DNA of 64,000 nt from Octopus sinensis (taxonomy: Eukaryota), in assembly GCF_006345805.1 (NCBI RefSeq), contig NC_043005.1:109554001-109618000 (forward strand), in the 5' to 3' direction. Shown piece by piece: positions 11,706 to 24,672 of this stretch. Each line of letters opens with the position of its first letter. The stretch's first letter is position 1. The notes under the pieces are model-generated. The model was not told where the DNA came from. It did no database searches and worked only from the letters and a program-made list of their open reading frames with translations. The position numbers and the translations under genes were made by a program.

Positions 11706-12101
11706 ACTGGCACTCGAGCCCCATGCTAGTAGGGTGTTAAGAGCACCATCCGAGCATGATCGTTGCCAGAGCGACTATGTGGCCTCCGTGCCAGTGGCAT
11801 GTAAAAGGCACCATTCGAGCGTGATTGTTATCAGCATAGCCTTAATGGCACCTGTGCTGGTGGCATGTGTAAAAGATTCGAGCGAGGTCGTTACCAGTAC
11901 CACCTGACTGGCATGTAAAAAGCACCCACTACACTCTCGGAGTGGTTGGCGTTAGGAAGAGCATCCAGCAGTAGAAACTCTGCCAGATCAAGATTGAAGC
12001 CTGGTGCACCCATCTGGTTCGCCAGCCCTCAGTCAAATCGTCCAACCCATGCTAGTATGGAAGGCGAACATTAAACGATGATGATGATGATGATGATGAT
12101 G
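11554..12101 (+). mobile_element. RTE-type 3' UTR fragment with (GAT)n tail
   Basis: Same module as 6390-6876. Confidence 0.8.
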
Positions 12102-12102
12102 A

Positions 12103-13080
12103 CTGTTAGCATCAATGGCTGCTTCAATACGATATTGGAAGCCTTGACATGCTGGAATTAGATGACCCTTTTTAATTTTGGTCATAGGGCTGGTTATTGG
12201 GAACTGGGAGATTGTATGGTCTTTTTCGACAATACCTCATATGTAATAGTCCAGTGGACTGAGGTCTGGTGAACTAAAAGGCCATGTGTTTGGGAGGACA
12301 GGATCATGGTGACTGACGTGCATCTTCACTTGCCTTATGTGACAGAGCAGAGTCTTGTTGGAATATGTATGGTCATCTGGTGCATATTCTATCTAGGGCC
12401 TCGCAGTTTTCTCCAACCCTTCTGTGTAGACAGCAGCATCGACTCTTCAGCCCTGTGAAAGAAAGTCAGGAGATATAACATCTATCTCATTGCTGACAAT
12501 TCCCAGAGACATCACAGTTGCTTGGAACTTAAAATGCACGAATGTTGGACCCTCAATCAGGCTTCTGCATAATCCATCTGTTATTCCTTCAGTTTATTTG
12601 TTGGTCCTGATTGAAGCTTTCCAAATCAGAGGAAAACCAAAATATTCCAGCCCCTCTGTGTTTTAGCTTGTTTAGCATGTACCTCGCATTAAATCAAACA
12701 GTTCCCTCTTGTCACATCTGACATAAACTGACCCCTCAGCAGCACATACAGTTTGTGCTAAATGTCCTCATGCACAGCTTTTCTGATGGTGCATTCTGAA
12801 ACTTTGAGGTCCTTTGTAATAATTCTGATTGACTTTCTGGGGTTTTTATCTATTACGACTTGAACTTTTTGTAAAAAAATTTTTTGTTCTGGTGATATTA
12901 GGGCCCTGTGCATGCATTTTGCATTGTACTGCTGAGCTCCTTTCAGACTTTGACAATGGAAGATTGGGCAACTTTCAGGAAGCAAGCTATCTCACTTTCA
13001 TTGTCTTTCAGTTTTTAGGCAACAATTACAGCATCCCTTTTCATTCGCTGAGTCAACATGATGTCTGACGTTATTTATCT
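12103..13080 (-). pseudogene. Decayed Tc1/mariner-superfamily (maT-like) transposase
   Basis: Minus strand fragments KVQVVIDKNPRKSIR..KDLKVSECTIRKAVHED, PYIFQQDSALSHKA and WPFSSPDLSPLDYY; many stops and frameshifts. Confidence 0.8.
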
Positions 13081-13640
13081 GAAAGTAAGGTAACAAAGAA
13101 ATTAGAAGAAAGTTAGAGCTCTTGAAAGAAGAGTCTTCAAAAAACCAACACACACTGTATGTATGTATGTATGTATGATGTATGTATGTATGTATGTATG
13201 TATGTATGTATGCATGCATGCTTGTATGTATGTATGTATGTATGTATGTATGTACGTACATACGTATGCATGTATGTATGTTTGTATGTATGTATGCATG
13301 CATGTATGTATGTATGTATGTATGTATGTATGTATGTATGTATGCATGCATGCATGTATGTATGTATGCATGCAGGGATGGATGGATGGATGAATGTTTG
13401 TGTGTCTTGTGCTTGTGTCTGTCCCCCACCACTACTGCTTGACGGCAAGTGTTGGTTTGCTTACATTCGCATAACTTAACACTGCAGCAAAAAACGACCG
13501 ATAGAATAAGCACCAGACTTACAAATAAGTACACTGGGTTCAATTTGTTTCACTAATTCAAGTCAGTGCTCCAGGATGGCTGCTGTCCAATGATTGAAGC
13601 AAGGAAAGGATAAAAAATGAGACACATTTGATTAAATATT

Positions 13641-13671
<31 letters not shown>

Positions 13672-14747
13672 CACTCACACACACGCACACTCACACGCAT
13701 ACACACACACTCACACACTCACATGCACACTCACACACATACACACACATTGATTTGTCTCAATGACAAATCAATTACAATGTGTGTGAATATGTGTATG
13801 TATATGTGTATGAGTGTATATACACCCTCTTCAATGTTAGTAAAGTGAGAACTGGGAATGAAACCCTTGGAATGGTGCTTCACATGATTGCTTGTAATTC
13901 TTTTTCTGGAATTACAAGGAATCATGGTACCAGCATTTATATTCATAGTTTTGTAGTATTTTACAGATGTGAAATAAATCTCTTCAAGACAGAACATTTG
14001 TTAATAATAAAGGAAACATGATAATTTAGCAGAATTATTTTCCTAGGAAAATAATCTACAGCAGACTTGAATCCTAAACATAAAGATCATTATTTTCCAT
14101 CACATTAACCCTGATGTTAAACAAAACCATGATTAAATTTTTCATGATTTTAAAATGATGAAGTAATTCTCTTAAATTTTATATTTATAAGATTACCTGC
14201 AGGAGACCTACCTGCCTGTGGGTCTTAGATTTCAATTTCCTATACAGTATCTTGTATTTTGGGGTGGCTAGAATGTTTCATTTTACATTCTGTCATTTAC
14301 CTATATTCTGGAATTAATTTACATCCGATCTAATTGGTACAAATTTTACTGGTAATACATTAGCACATTACTCAAGCAAGATGAAATATATCTCACAATT
14401 CCTCAGCAGCATGAAAATGATGCTAAATATGGGTTCATAAAAGTCCTGAGAAACTTGGGAAATATTTTGCATAAATTTTACATTGATATGTCTTGGAGGT
14501 GACAGATGTAATTTATCACCTGATTTATTCCTCCCTCTTGGCACCTTTGTTGTCTTTAGGTGGACTCCATCCTGGTGCAAGTATTCAAGCCAGGTCTCCA
14601 GTATTAAAAAAACTCTTTTTAGTCCTTTCCTTCTGATAAAAAGGTAACAAAAAAAGATAGGTTTGAGATTAGATATGGAGAGAAAATAAGGAAACTGGTT
14701 CCTCAACAATTCAGTTGATTAAAATCAGTATTTGTACGTATATATAT

Positions 14748-15163
14748 GCAGGAGTGGCTGTGTGGTAAGTAGCTTGCTTACCAACCACCTGATTCCAGGT
14801 TCAGTACCACTGAGTGGCACCTTGGGCAAGTGTCTTATACTGTAGCCTCGGGCCGACCAAAGCCTTGTGAGTGGATTTGGTAGACGGAAACTGAAAGAAG
14901 CCCGTCGTATATATGTATATATATGTATATGTATATGTATGTGTGTGTGTATATGTTTGTATGTCTGTGTTTGTCACCCAACATCGCTTGACAACCGATG
15001 CTGGTGTGTTTACGTCCCTGTAACTTAGTGGTTCTCAAAAGTCACCGATAGAATAAGTACTAGGCTTACAAAGAAAAAGTCCTGGGGTTGATTTGCTCGA
15101 CTAAAGGCGGTGCTCCAGCATGGCCATAGTCAAATGACTGAAACAAGTAAAAGAGTAAAAGAG
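14748..15163 (+). mobile_element. SINE family A, full length
   Basis: Head, central microsatellite, (GTAAAAGA)n tail. Confidence 0.9.
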
Positions 15164-15637
15164 TGTATGCTTATGTATGTAAAACAGTTAGTAGAGCAGC
15201 GATGGCTAAACTCTCAAGGCGCGATGGCACCATCCACGGTAAAAAACGGGACCGGTGATGACTTATTCCTAGAGTGCTTTTCTTTTATCATTTTCTAGCT
15301 TGTTGTTTGTTCAAGAAATTAGAATTTAAGTATATCGCATCATGAATCTAAAGACAGAACAGATTCATTTGGTTCAGGATTCCTTCCATTTGACCAGTTT
15401 ATTCTTCAGTTTTCTGAAATTTCTCATCACCTACTCTCTTCCCTTCACCAATCCATCACTCTAATTTTTTTATTATTTAGTAACGTACAGTCAAAGTCAC
15501 TACACTCAAGTTATTAAACTCTTTTATGGAACAATTGTTACCTTATCGAACTAATCATCAAAAGCATTCTAACCTTTCCCATCCCATAATTGCCTGAAAA
15601 CAAGAGGTGGAGAGAGGATTCTAGAGAATTTGGAAAG

Positions 15638-16031
15638 ATATAATATTATTAACCATCTTACAAACAATAACTCTGAGCACCTTTTCGAACTCCACCCGTC
15701 TAACACCTGTGGACATATTTACAAAGTCAGAAAACAGCACAGCTCCCATGACTTTCGGAAACATTTTTTCACGCTAAGAGTTGCTGAAGCATGGAACAAA
15801 CTGCCAGCATCAGTTGTTAGTTGTCGGAGCACTGCATCCTTCAAAACTTCCATGCTTCCTGAGACTCGCCGACACTACACCTGATTTTCTCCCCTCCATA
15901 CACACGCAAGCATGTATCTGATTCATACACTGTTTGCTTTCCAGACATTTGGACATTACTGAATATGCTTTATATGCACTTTTGACAAGTTGTGATGCAC
16001 CTGAGCATTGTATACAATAATTTCATTATTA
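15638..16031 (+). mobile_element. 5'-truncated CR1-clade LINE (RT C-terminus plus 3' UTR)
   Basis: GHIYKVRKQ...RKHFFTLRVAEAWNKLPASVV...FK matches the CR1 ORF2 C-terminal motif; ends in short (ATT)n. Confidence 0.8.
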
Positions 16032-17379
16032 TTTTATATCTGGAAGTTTTAAATATGTGTGTGTGTGGAGGGACTGTTAACCAGGTATTGCAAGAAATTT
16101 TTAAAAATATGTACAGTGGTTCTTCTCAATCAGTCCCTTTTACAAGAATTATTTGATCTTTTACAAGAATTATTTGAAAGTCAGCTAAAGCTATTCTAGA
16201 ACCCTTCAGAATCTCATTTCTGACAGCAACAGAAGATATTAGAGAAAAAGATCCTCTCGCCTGATAATCAAACCCAATGCAATTCTGACGATATCTATTC
16301 AATTCCTCTTAATGTCAATTAGCTCAGAAAGGATTTAGTATTTTGAAAAGACAGCTTTGGACACCTTTTCTCATTTTCTGTAAGTCATTCTGAGGAAAGA
16401 AGCACCAACTTTCTTTCTTAGAATATGCAAAACATAAACATAAAGGTAACACTAACTTTATGATTTTATGAGGAGTGTTCAAATTTGCAATACCACATTC
16501 TGAAAAATCTGGATTGTACTGTTAGAGCACTCATAAAAAATGTTTTGTATTAGCGAGCTATCTCAAATTATTGAATCAAAGAAAAAAAATCGAGTTTATT
16601 TCAAGATGTCAATACCAAACAGGTACATTCTGCAATAAAAGTACTTTATTATTATTGCCAAAATTGTTTTGAAATCCCTTATTCATTTTCAGAAGTTCAC
16701 TGAAGTACTGAGAATATTCTATGAAGACTTTTTTAGAATGTGCAAACCTGAATTTTTATATCAAATATTTGCTTTTAAGTAAGGGATGTTCAAAGGTATT
16801 TCACATTTGAATTCCATGCAGTCAATAAAATTCTCTTTTTCTTTTATATATATATAATTAGAACTGGAACTCAAATCATGCCTTGCCTACGGAATTTCGT
16901 TCACACTTTCATTTTATTTTTATTTAAATTATGATCAGCAGGTTACCCAGAACTCTTAGAACAAATCTCTGTCATCATCCCTCCCTCCATCCCCCTCTCT
17001 CTCTCTCTCTTTCTTCTTTTATTTAACTTATTGTGACATTTTCTCATTTTCTTGTGTCACCAAAAATTTACAATATGGTGATGTATATTTTATAATTCTT
17101 GTTACCTCTTCCTCTTCTACTTTTTCTTATCTATTTCTTGTTTTGTTACATCTTTATTCTTTTTTTTTCTTTTCTTTATCAGATATTCTCAAATTTCTTT
17201 ACCTGTTTTCGTTCACAGCATTTTTACTATAAAAGTTACGTTTTTATCTTAACCCTTGTGTCTCTAAATGCTGTAAAATCATCATATTATAAATATCTTC
17301 AGTGTTACATTACAGACATTAAATCTTAGAATTACAGTATTTATAAGTTTTATTTTGACTAGTAAACTATATTACTTAA

Positions 17380-17600
17380 CCCTTTCGTTACTGTATTTAT
17401 TTTGAGATGCTCTGTATTCCTTTCCATTACTTTAAATATAACAAAGAATTTAGTAAAATAACTTAGTTATAATTAAGCTAGTGTTAGGAACATAAATTGT
17501 GACTAAGGTTTGGTGGAAGATTTTAATTCAAAACTTATGAAAACAAGACATTTATACTAAAGAGCCAGTGCCAGTTTCAGCCAGGTTGGTAATGAAAAGG
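17380..17600. mobile_element. piggyBac-type MITE
   Basis: TTAA-CCCTTTCGTTAC ... GTAATGAAAAGG-TTAA; a related partial copy at ~42290-42462. Confidence 0.75.
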
Positions 17601-18244
17601 TTAAAGAAGTTTCCCTTTTATTACTTACTCCTAAGTTATGTCAAAAAGCTTGAATGTGAAACTCTGAGTAATGATAATGCAAAATCACAATTTTAATTGC
17701 TGGAGTGATTAAATTTATGTATTGAGTACTTTTTTCTTCATGATTCTGTATGCACACACAGACACTCACATCTGTGTGTATGTGCATGCATGTGTGCATG
17801 TGTGTGTGTACTTTGTTGCATTTTTACATCCACTTTCAGGGTTAGCATGAGATGGATAAATGTCACCATCAAAGTTAACATATATTCAGTGGTATTCACC
17901 TAGAAGAGTTGGTGGGTGGGGATAATCTTGTTTGCATCTCATTTTTAACCTGCTTTATACAAATGACTGCTTTCCCTATCATCAATCACTTTACAGAATG
18001 TATTGAGTGCTTTATTATAGCACCAGCATGTGAGAGGTACCATGTCCTCCACAATACAAAAAGGCTCTCACATTCTCACACTTTTACAGCATGCATTGGA
18101 TGTGATTGCCATGATAGTAGAATCAGTGAGATGGCCATATCTTTGACATCACCAAAGGGAACCCTCATCTCTCCATCTCCGTTACCTCACCACCCACTTA
18201 AAAGAAAAAAGGTAAAGTTACCTTCTTGAGTTACACTAATTCGT

Positions 18245-18860
18245 ACGGGCCAGTTTTCCAGTTTCATGGCATATGAATTCCCCACCAGGATGGGATGCCA
18301 GTCCATTGCAGGATTACTCACCTGTGCCAGCTGAGTGGGCTGGAGCAATATGAAATGAAGTGTCTTGGTCAAGAACACAATGTGTTGCCCAGTCCAGGAA
18401 TCGAAACCACAATCTTACAATCATGAGTCCAACACTCAAACCCAGCGTTTCTCCACCGGGGGTTCCATAAAAGGTTCTGAGGGTACCATGAGAAAGAGTG
18501 AGATAAGCTAAGGCTAATTTCATGATCTAATATTACTATACATCCACAACATATTATTGGTTATTGTAATATTGTAATATAAACATCAGCCTAGCTAACC
18601 TACTGTTATCAAAAAATATAACAACCAAATATGTATGTGTGTATGTATGTATGTATGTATGTATGTATGTATGTGTGTGTGTGTGTGTGCGTGTGTGTGT
18701 GTGTATGATATTTACCATGTGAACTATGAAAACATATGAGAAAGATATGGTATATAATTTTTTTGTGCAGGGGTTCCTTGAGGTATGTAATTTATTTTAA
18801 GGGTTACACAGGGGTAAAAAGGTTGAGAAACACTGCCCTAACCACTAAACCAGGTGCTTC
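18245..18860 (-). mobile_element. SINE family D interrupted by a hAT MITE
   Basis: Reverse complement of the 372-615 family; head resumes after 18835. Confidence 0.7.
18443..18835. mobile_element. hAT (Charlie-like) MITE
   Basis: TIRs CAGCGTTTCTCCACC / GGTTGAGAAACACTG; flanks CTCAAACC / CCCTAACC (6/8) fit an aged 8-bp TSD. Confidence 0.7.
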
Positions 18861-19179
18861 TACTCACCAGCGAACTTCACAGAATAAGATACATAAGTGA
18901 TAAAGGCCTCAGTGATAGTGGTGAGAGGGATGCATAATAAGTTCTCAGTAGTCTAAGGTAGGTATATATATATATTGGTAAAAAAGGTAAGATAACAAAA
19001 GAAAGAAAGAGACCTCAATATTATGTAAATAGAGGAAATATTTACCTATATTGAAGATCACCTTGAGTGAGTAAGGGGGTGTAAACCAGATGATCTTCCT
19101 ATTTCTATTTTACCTCTTCTTTACTGTTGGGCTAGTAACAGGTGTATAATTTATTTTTTCACTAAAAAAATGTATATAT

Positions 19180-19400
19180 ATAGTTAATCCAAACATGAAA
19201 ACACAAAGAGAAAACACAACAATGTGAGGACGTGGAACAAGTATAGCGTTATTGGACGCTCAGGAAAGGAAAGAAAGAAGAAGGGTTTAACGTTTTGAGC
19301 GGAGCTCTTCGTCAGAAACATAGGAAAAAGAAAGATTCAAGGAAGGGAAGATGGAGGAAAAAAATCACCAACGATACATATGCGGTCACATTTTGAAAAT
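19180..19400 (-). mobile_element. PLE-terminus-like short element with hammerhead motif (family F)
   Basis: Between (TA)n tracts; homologous to 52975-53155 and 60482-60720; minus strand GUUU-CUGACGA-A-GAGC(UCC)GCUC-AAAA-CG-UU-AAAC at 19285-19319. Confidence 0.7.
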
Positions 19401-19789
19401 ATATATATATATATATTCAAGGCATGGAAACATTACTGAAATAGTAAGGGAATGATAGAACTTTATGTTATTCAGGAGAAAAAGTGTTGACAGGGACCCT
19501 AAAATGGAGGGGGAAAAGGTATGAGACCATGCCAGCAGTCAGAGTGACACAAGTTGATGAAAGGCTGTAGAGAAGGAAACAGAGAATGTAGAGTGAGTTG
19601 GGACCCAAGTGGTCCGATCTAGTTTCCCAGTCCATAAGCCTCAAGACGGGGATCAAGTGATGAGACAGGTGGTAGAGGTGCCCAGGAGTGACACAGAGGA
19701 GAGTTGTGGACAAGATCTGAATAGGTGCAGTGGCACCTTAGTTACACAAGCATTAGTGTACAGCAGAGAGAAGAGACCTAGTGCCACTG

Positions 19790-19885
19790 TCAGCCACAGC
19801 AGAATCTCAGCAATTGGATCTGCGAAGAGGAAAGAGTGATCGAGAGATCAGTAATAGGTATGGATGAAAGAATGCAATATAAAGC
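19790..19885. repeat. Dispersed ~95-bp repeat, second copy at ~22130-22227
   Basis: TCAGCCACAG..AGAA..CTCAGCA...GTGATCGAGAGATCAG...GATGAAAGAATGCAATATAAAGCA shared; probably an old retroelement fragment. Confidence 0.7.
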
Positions 19886-20406
19886 ACACACAATATAAGC
19901 AATAAAGCACGTGTGCATGTGTGTGTATGTGTGTGTGTATTCATGAGAATATATGTATATGTATTTATATATGTGTGTGTGTTTGTGTATGTATATGTAC
20001 ATATATATATAGAATAGTCTGTTTCTGGAGAAGCAAAAAAATCTTCACCAGTTACACACACAGACAGACACACACACACATACACACATACACGCAATCA
20101 CAGGAGCACTCATCCCTTATCATGAAGACTTCTTCTCTACTCCTATCCCATAACACCACTACCTGATAATATTGGCCATAAATAACCCTCCCATTCACAC
20201 ACACCCTCCCTACCACCACCATTACTGTCACTGCCACCACCACCACCACCCCACCGCCGCCGCTACCACCATCACCACCACCACCGCCGCTACCATCACC
20301 ACCACCACCACCACCATCACCAGAATCACCACCAAAATGAAACTGGAGTATATGATAAATTATATGATTCACATGGCTGAGGTGGGTGGATATAGAATGA
20401 TACATA

Positions 20407-20572
20407 CAGAGAGAGAGAGAGAGAAAGAGGGAGAGAGAGAGAGAGAAAGAGGGAGAGAGAGAGAGAGAAGAGAGGGAGAGAGAAAGAGGGAGAGAGAGAG
20501 AGAGAAAGAGGGAGAGAGAGAGAGAGAAAGAGGGAGAGAGAGAGAGAGAAAGAGGGAGAGAGAGAGAGAGAA
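20407..20572. repeat. Polypurine (GA) tract with ~20-bp GAGAAAGAGG higher-order units
   Basis: Direct reading. Confidence 0.85.
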
Positions 20573-21324
20573 ATGATATGAAGGCTGCAAAATAAATAGT
20601 TTTGATTTATTTCTGTGCGAATGTTTACCACTGGAGCAGAGTGGAACAGCAAGTTAGATCTGGGTGAGTGAATTCTGAAATATGGTTTCAATTCCAAGTT
20701 GAAGACAATTCATTTCATTTACAAATTCACCTAATGAATTCATTTTACCTTATCTAATTCTTGCACTGCCAGGAATGATGAGATTCAGAACCCTGGGAGA
20801 TGAGGCAACTACTATGTGGTTACTTGAAATGCTAGAAATAACAGCCAATTAACTTCCCCGTCACAACTGACTGTCTTAAAAACAAAATGAAGGATACATT
20901 AGATACTGTGGTCATAAAAGTATGTTAGGATGGTCATAGCTGGAATGTCATATTTTGGATTACTAGGTCTGTTTGGTCAGAGCTGAACAGAGATGGAACA
21001 AAAGTAACAGCAACTTCAAGGTTGTTCTTTGTAAATGCTTTGGTCCATGCAGTGTACAAGCAAATGGGTGTCAGTAACCTTGTCACTCTCTTTAGAATTT
21101 TCATCTGGTTACTATGTAATTATACCACACAACATAGAGCGGTACATATAAGTATGTGTGTGTACATATATACGCATAAGGGCATCCAGCCATAGAAACC
21201 ATGCATAGGCTGCTCGTCAGCTGGCCAGCTCCTGTCAAACCGTCCAACCCATGCCAAAATGGAAAAATGGACGTTAAATATGATGATGATGATAACAGTC
21301 TCAACCAAAACCCTAATTTAAATA

Positions 21325-21560
21325 TATTTCTTTACTACCCACAAGGGGCTAAACACAGAGAGGACAAACAAGGACAGACAAACGGATGATTAAGTCGATT
21401 ATATTGACCCCAGTGTGTAACTGGTACTTAATTTATCGACCCCGAAAGGATGAAAGGCAAAGTCGATCTCAGTGGAATTTGTACTCAGAATGTAACAGCA
21501 GACGAAATATGGCTACACATTCCGCCCAGCGTTCTAACGTTTCTGCCAGCTCGCCGCCTT
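21325..21560 (-). mobile_element. SINE family C
   Basis: Reverse complement of 31618-31846; further degenerate copies at 21662-21815 and 21965-22100. Confidence 0.85.
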
Positions 21561-23418
21561 CATAATTTAAATTCAATTATTACCCTAATTTAAATATTAA
21601 GACTTCTCATCCTGTCACAATGACAATAGAACTGAACACTTAAGTTTTAATATTAATAATAATCCTTTCTACTCTAGGCACAAGCCTGAAATTTCGGGGA
21701 AGGGATTAGTCGATTACATCAACCCCAGTGCATAACTGGTACTTAATTTATTGACCCCAAAGGACGAATGGCAAAGTCAACCTCAGCAGAATTTGAACTC
21801 AGATTGTAAAGACGGATGAAATGGACATTAAATGATGAAGATGAAGATGATGAGGAGGACAGTCACAACAAAACCCCCAATTTAACCACTAAGATACCTC
21901 GTCCTGAACTGAGCACTTAAGCTTCAATAATAATAATAATAATGATAATAGTAATAATAATGCTTTCTACTATAGGCACAAGGGCCTGAGATTTTGTGGG
22001 AGGGGCTGGTTGATTACATCAACCCTAGTGCTTGATTCATGAACCCTGAAAGGATGAAAGGCAATGTTAATCTCAGCAGATTTTGAGCTCAGAATGTAAA
22101 ACGGTAAACAGAAGAGCTCTAGAGCCACCATCAGCCACAGTAGAAACTCAGCACAGTTGGAGATGAAAAGAGGAGAGAGTGATCGAGAGATCAGCCATAG
22201 GTATAGATGAAAGAATGCAATATAAAGCAAACAATATGAACAATGAAAAATGTTCACCGCAGTTTTACAATGAAAGCATCTGGGATGTGATGGATAAGTC
22301 ATGCAAAGACAAAGAGAAGGAGTGAAAGAATATATAAATGGATGTATTAAGATTTTAAAAGTACAAGTATTTGGAAATACTTAGTAAGTACAATAAAGCC
22401 TACAATAATCAAACCATGATATAATTAAGAGTAAATAAAACAAACATTAATGATTACTGATTTGTTCAGGTTAGTTAACTCCTTGACTTTACTTGCTAAA
22501 CAATTTTGTATGGTTTTCCTGTGCATCCAAAAGCACCAGTAAGCACTTTTTCAAATAGCTGCTGTTAAAAACAGCTTCATCAGGGTATGATTGCTTTAAT
22601 TTAAAGCATCTTTGAATTTTTTCTTGCAACCAATCTTTTGTATACTACCTATATTCTAAACCTAAATGTGCATATATTAGTTTTTTATGTCATCAGAAAG
22701 TCCTTGGCGCCACATGATTTTGTTGAATAGTTGCCTGTTTTATTTTGAAAGGACAACGAATCTAAGTCCTTTGACCTCCTCTTCTTCCTTATTATTTTTC
22801 TGGGGTTAGCTATCATTATTGTTTGGAAGAAATTGTTCCTCACTGTCTGTTTTCATTGTTTTATGTTGACTTTGCTATCCCTTTTCTTTTTAATATTTTT
22901 ATTTTTAGGATTTTCTTTCAAGTTGTACTTTTTCCTCTGCACCCATAATTTTTCCCTCATCACACAACAATGGAGTGTTGCTACTGGTTATTGAAGTAAG
23001 GTAAACAAAGAGTTGTGAAGAGGGGAGACTGGTATTCACGGTCGATTTCTGGTGGTTTCTGGGTGATTTCCACAAACAACCTTGCTCAGACTTGTGTCCC
23101 AGAGGGAGACTTTCTGGGTGCGGTCCCATAGTTATTCATGATCAAAAGGGGTCCTTACCCTTCTACTCACAAAGAATATCAATTTCTGATGTTAGAGAGT
23201 CTGTAGATAATTCCTAAAACTTATTCTTTGAATATTCATAACCATTTAACATAGAAAGTTGACTTTGGTAGAATTCGAACTCAGAACTTAAAAGTAGAGA
23301 ACTAGATATATACTATTTTGTTACCCCTAGTACATCGATACAAAATTTGGGGAAGGGTATATTCCGTTACAAAGACTGTACTAATTGATTGGTACTTGTT
23401 TTATCAGCATCCTGGAAG

Positions 23419-23846
23419 CAGTGCCGGATTAAGACCCGTAGAGGCCCTAAGCACTTAAAAGGTTTTGGTGCCCTCAAGTATATATAAATGGTTCAAAATG
23501 TAAGCAAAAATAATTTTAAATGTAAACAATAATAAACCATAAAATAAATTTTCAGTTTTCAAAATGAAACAAAATTAACAGAAAGATGGAAAACAATGTT
23601 TATTTTTTTGTGCTTCCACTTCATTTATATTTGGAAAGTTTCCTCCGTTTTGATCAGATCCTCAAAATTAATTTTACATAAAACTTCTACTTCTATACTT
23701 AATAGAGATAAGGGCACCCCAAATATTATTTTAGCAAGTTTAAAGTGATGTCTTTCATGCCATAAACCATTTTCGTTTCAGTGGTGCCCCAGGCCTTTGA
23801 TGCCCTAAGCACTTGCTGATTTTGCTTAATGGTTAATCCAGCACTG
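23419..23846 (-). mobile_element. hAT (Tip100-like) deletion derivative with transposase C-terminal remnant
   Basis: TIRs CAGTGCCGGATTAA / TTAATCCAGCACTG; TSD CCTGGAAG / ACTGGAAG; minus strand LSLLSIEVEVLCKINFEDLIK at ~23645-23712; sits inside a degenerate SINE C. Confidence 0.8.
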
Positions 23847-24635
23847 ACTGGAAGGATGAAATTCAAAGCTAATCTTAGGATTATTTGAACTCAGAAACTA
23901 AATGAATCTGCATTTGGTCATATACAGACTCTGCCAGTTCAATAATCTGTTACTCAACAGTAATTTCCAATTTAGGTCCAAGGCTAGCAATTTTAAGGTA
24001 GTTGGTGCCATCCACCTTAATACTTGAGTGATGCTTTATTTTATCAACCCCCAAAAGATGAAAGATAAAGGTAAACTTGCTCAGATTTGAAACCTCAATG
24101 TAAAGAGCCAGAAGAAAGACCACAAGGCATTTTTATTCTGACAATCGAACAATCTTGTCAGTTCACCAATAATGTTGACATTTTCTGACAAGGCAATGCT
24201 ATAAATTTTGAAAATGAAGGACATAATCCAGTGAACAAATTCCTACTTCATATCCTCAAAGATTTAAGGCAGTATAGGATAAATATTCTGCAGTGGGTGA
24301 CTTGGCTTTCATACTACAAGGACCAATAAAGTACTGATCGATTAAGTGAAGTATAAGGAGTTGAGTTAGTCCTTTGTTCACATCTTCAAAGAGTCCACTG
24401 TCTTTGTACTTGTGTAAGAGATTACTAATGGTAGTAACAGTGATAATGGGGTTACTGAAATGTAGGTCTCTCAGTTTCTTCCCTCGCCAGACATTCAGGT
24501 ACTTTGTAGGATCTGAAACTGAATTTTATGTGGTAAGAGATTTGATCATCCTTTCCAAAATTGAAGAAGACATTTGCAAGTGAGTGGATTCAACAAACTT
24601 CGAACAAACTAATTGTTTACAAAAGATGCATTCAC

Positions 24636-24672
<37 letters not shown>

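Noticed and set aside
16137-16177. 21-bp direct tandem repeat CTTTTACAAGAATTATTTGA
   Set aside because: Simple slippage duplication with no insert between the copies.
19051-19092. UUGAAGA-U-CACC...GGUG-UAAA hammerhead-like remnant
   Set aside because: U3-G8, UAAA instead of GAAA and no clear stem I; too decayed to call, although the context is PLE-like.
22541-22590. Minus-strand CUGAUGA-A-GCUGUU(UUU)AACAGC hammerhead half
   Set aside because: Good core 5' half and stem II, but no GAAA directly after the stem and no stem I partner; at best a truncated remnant.
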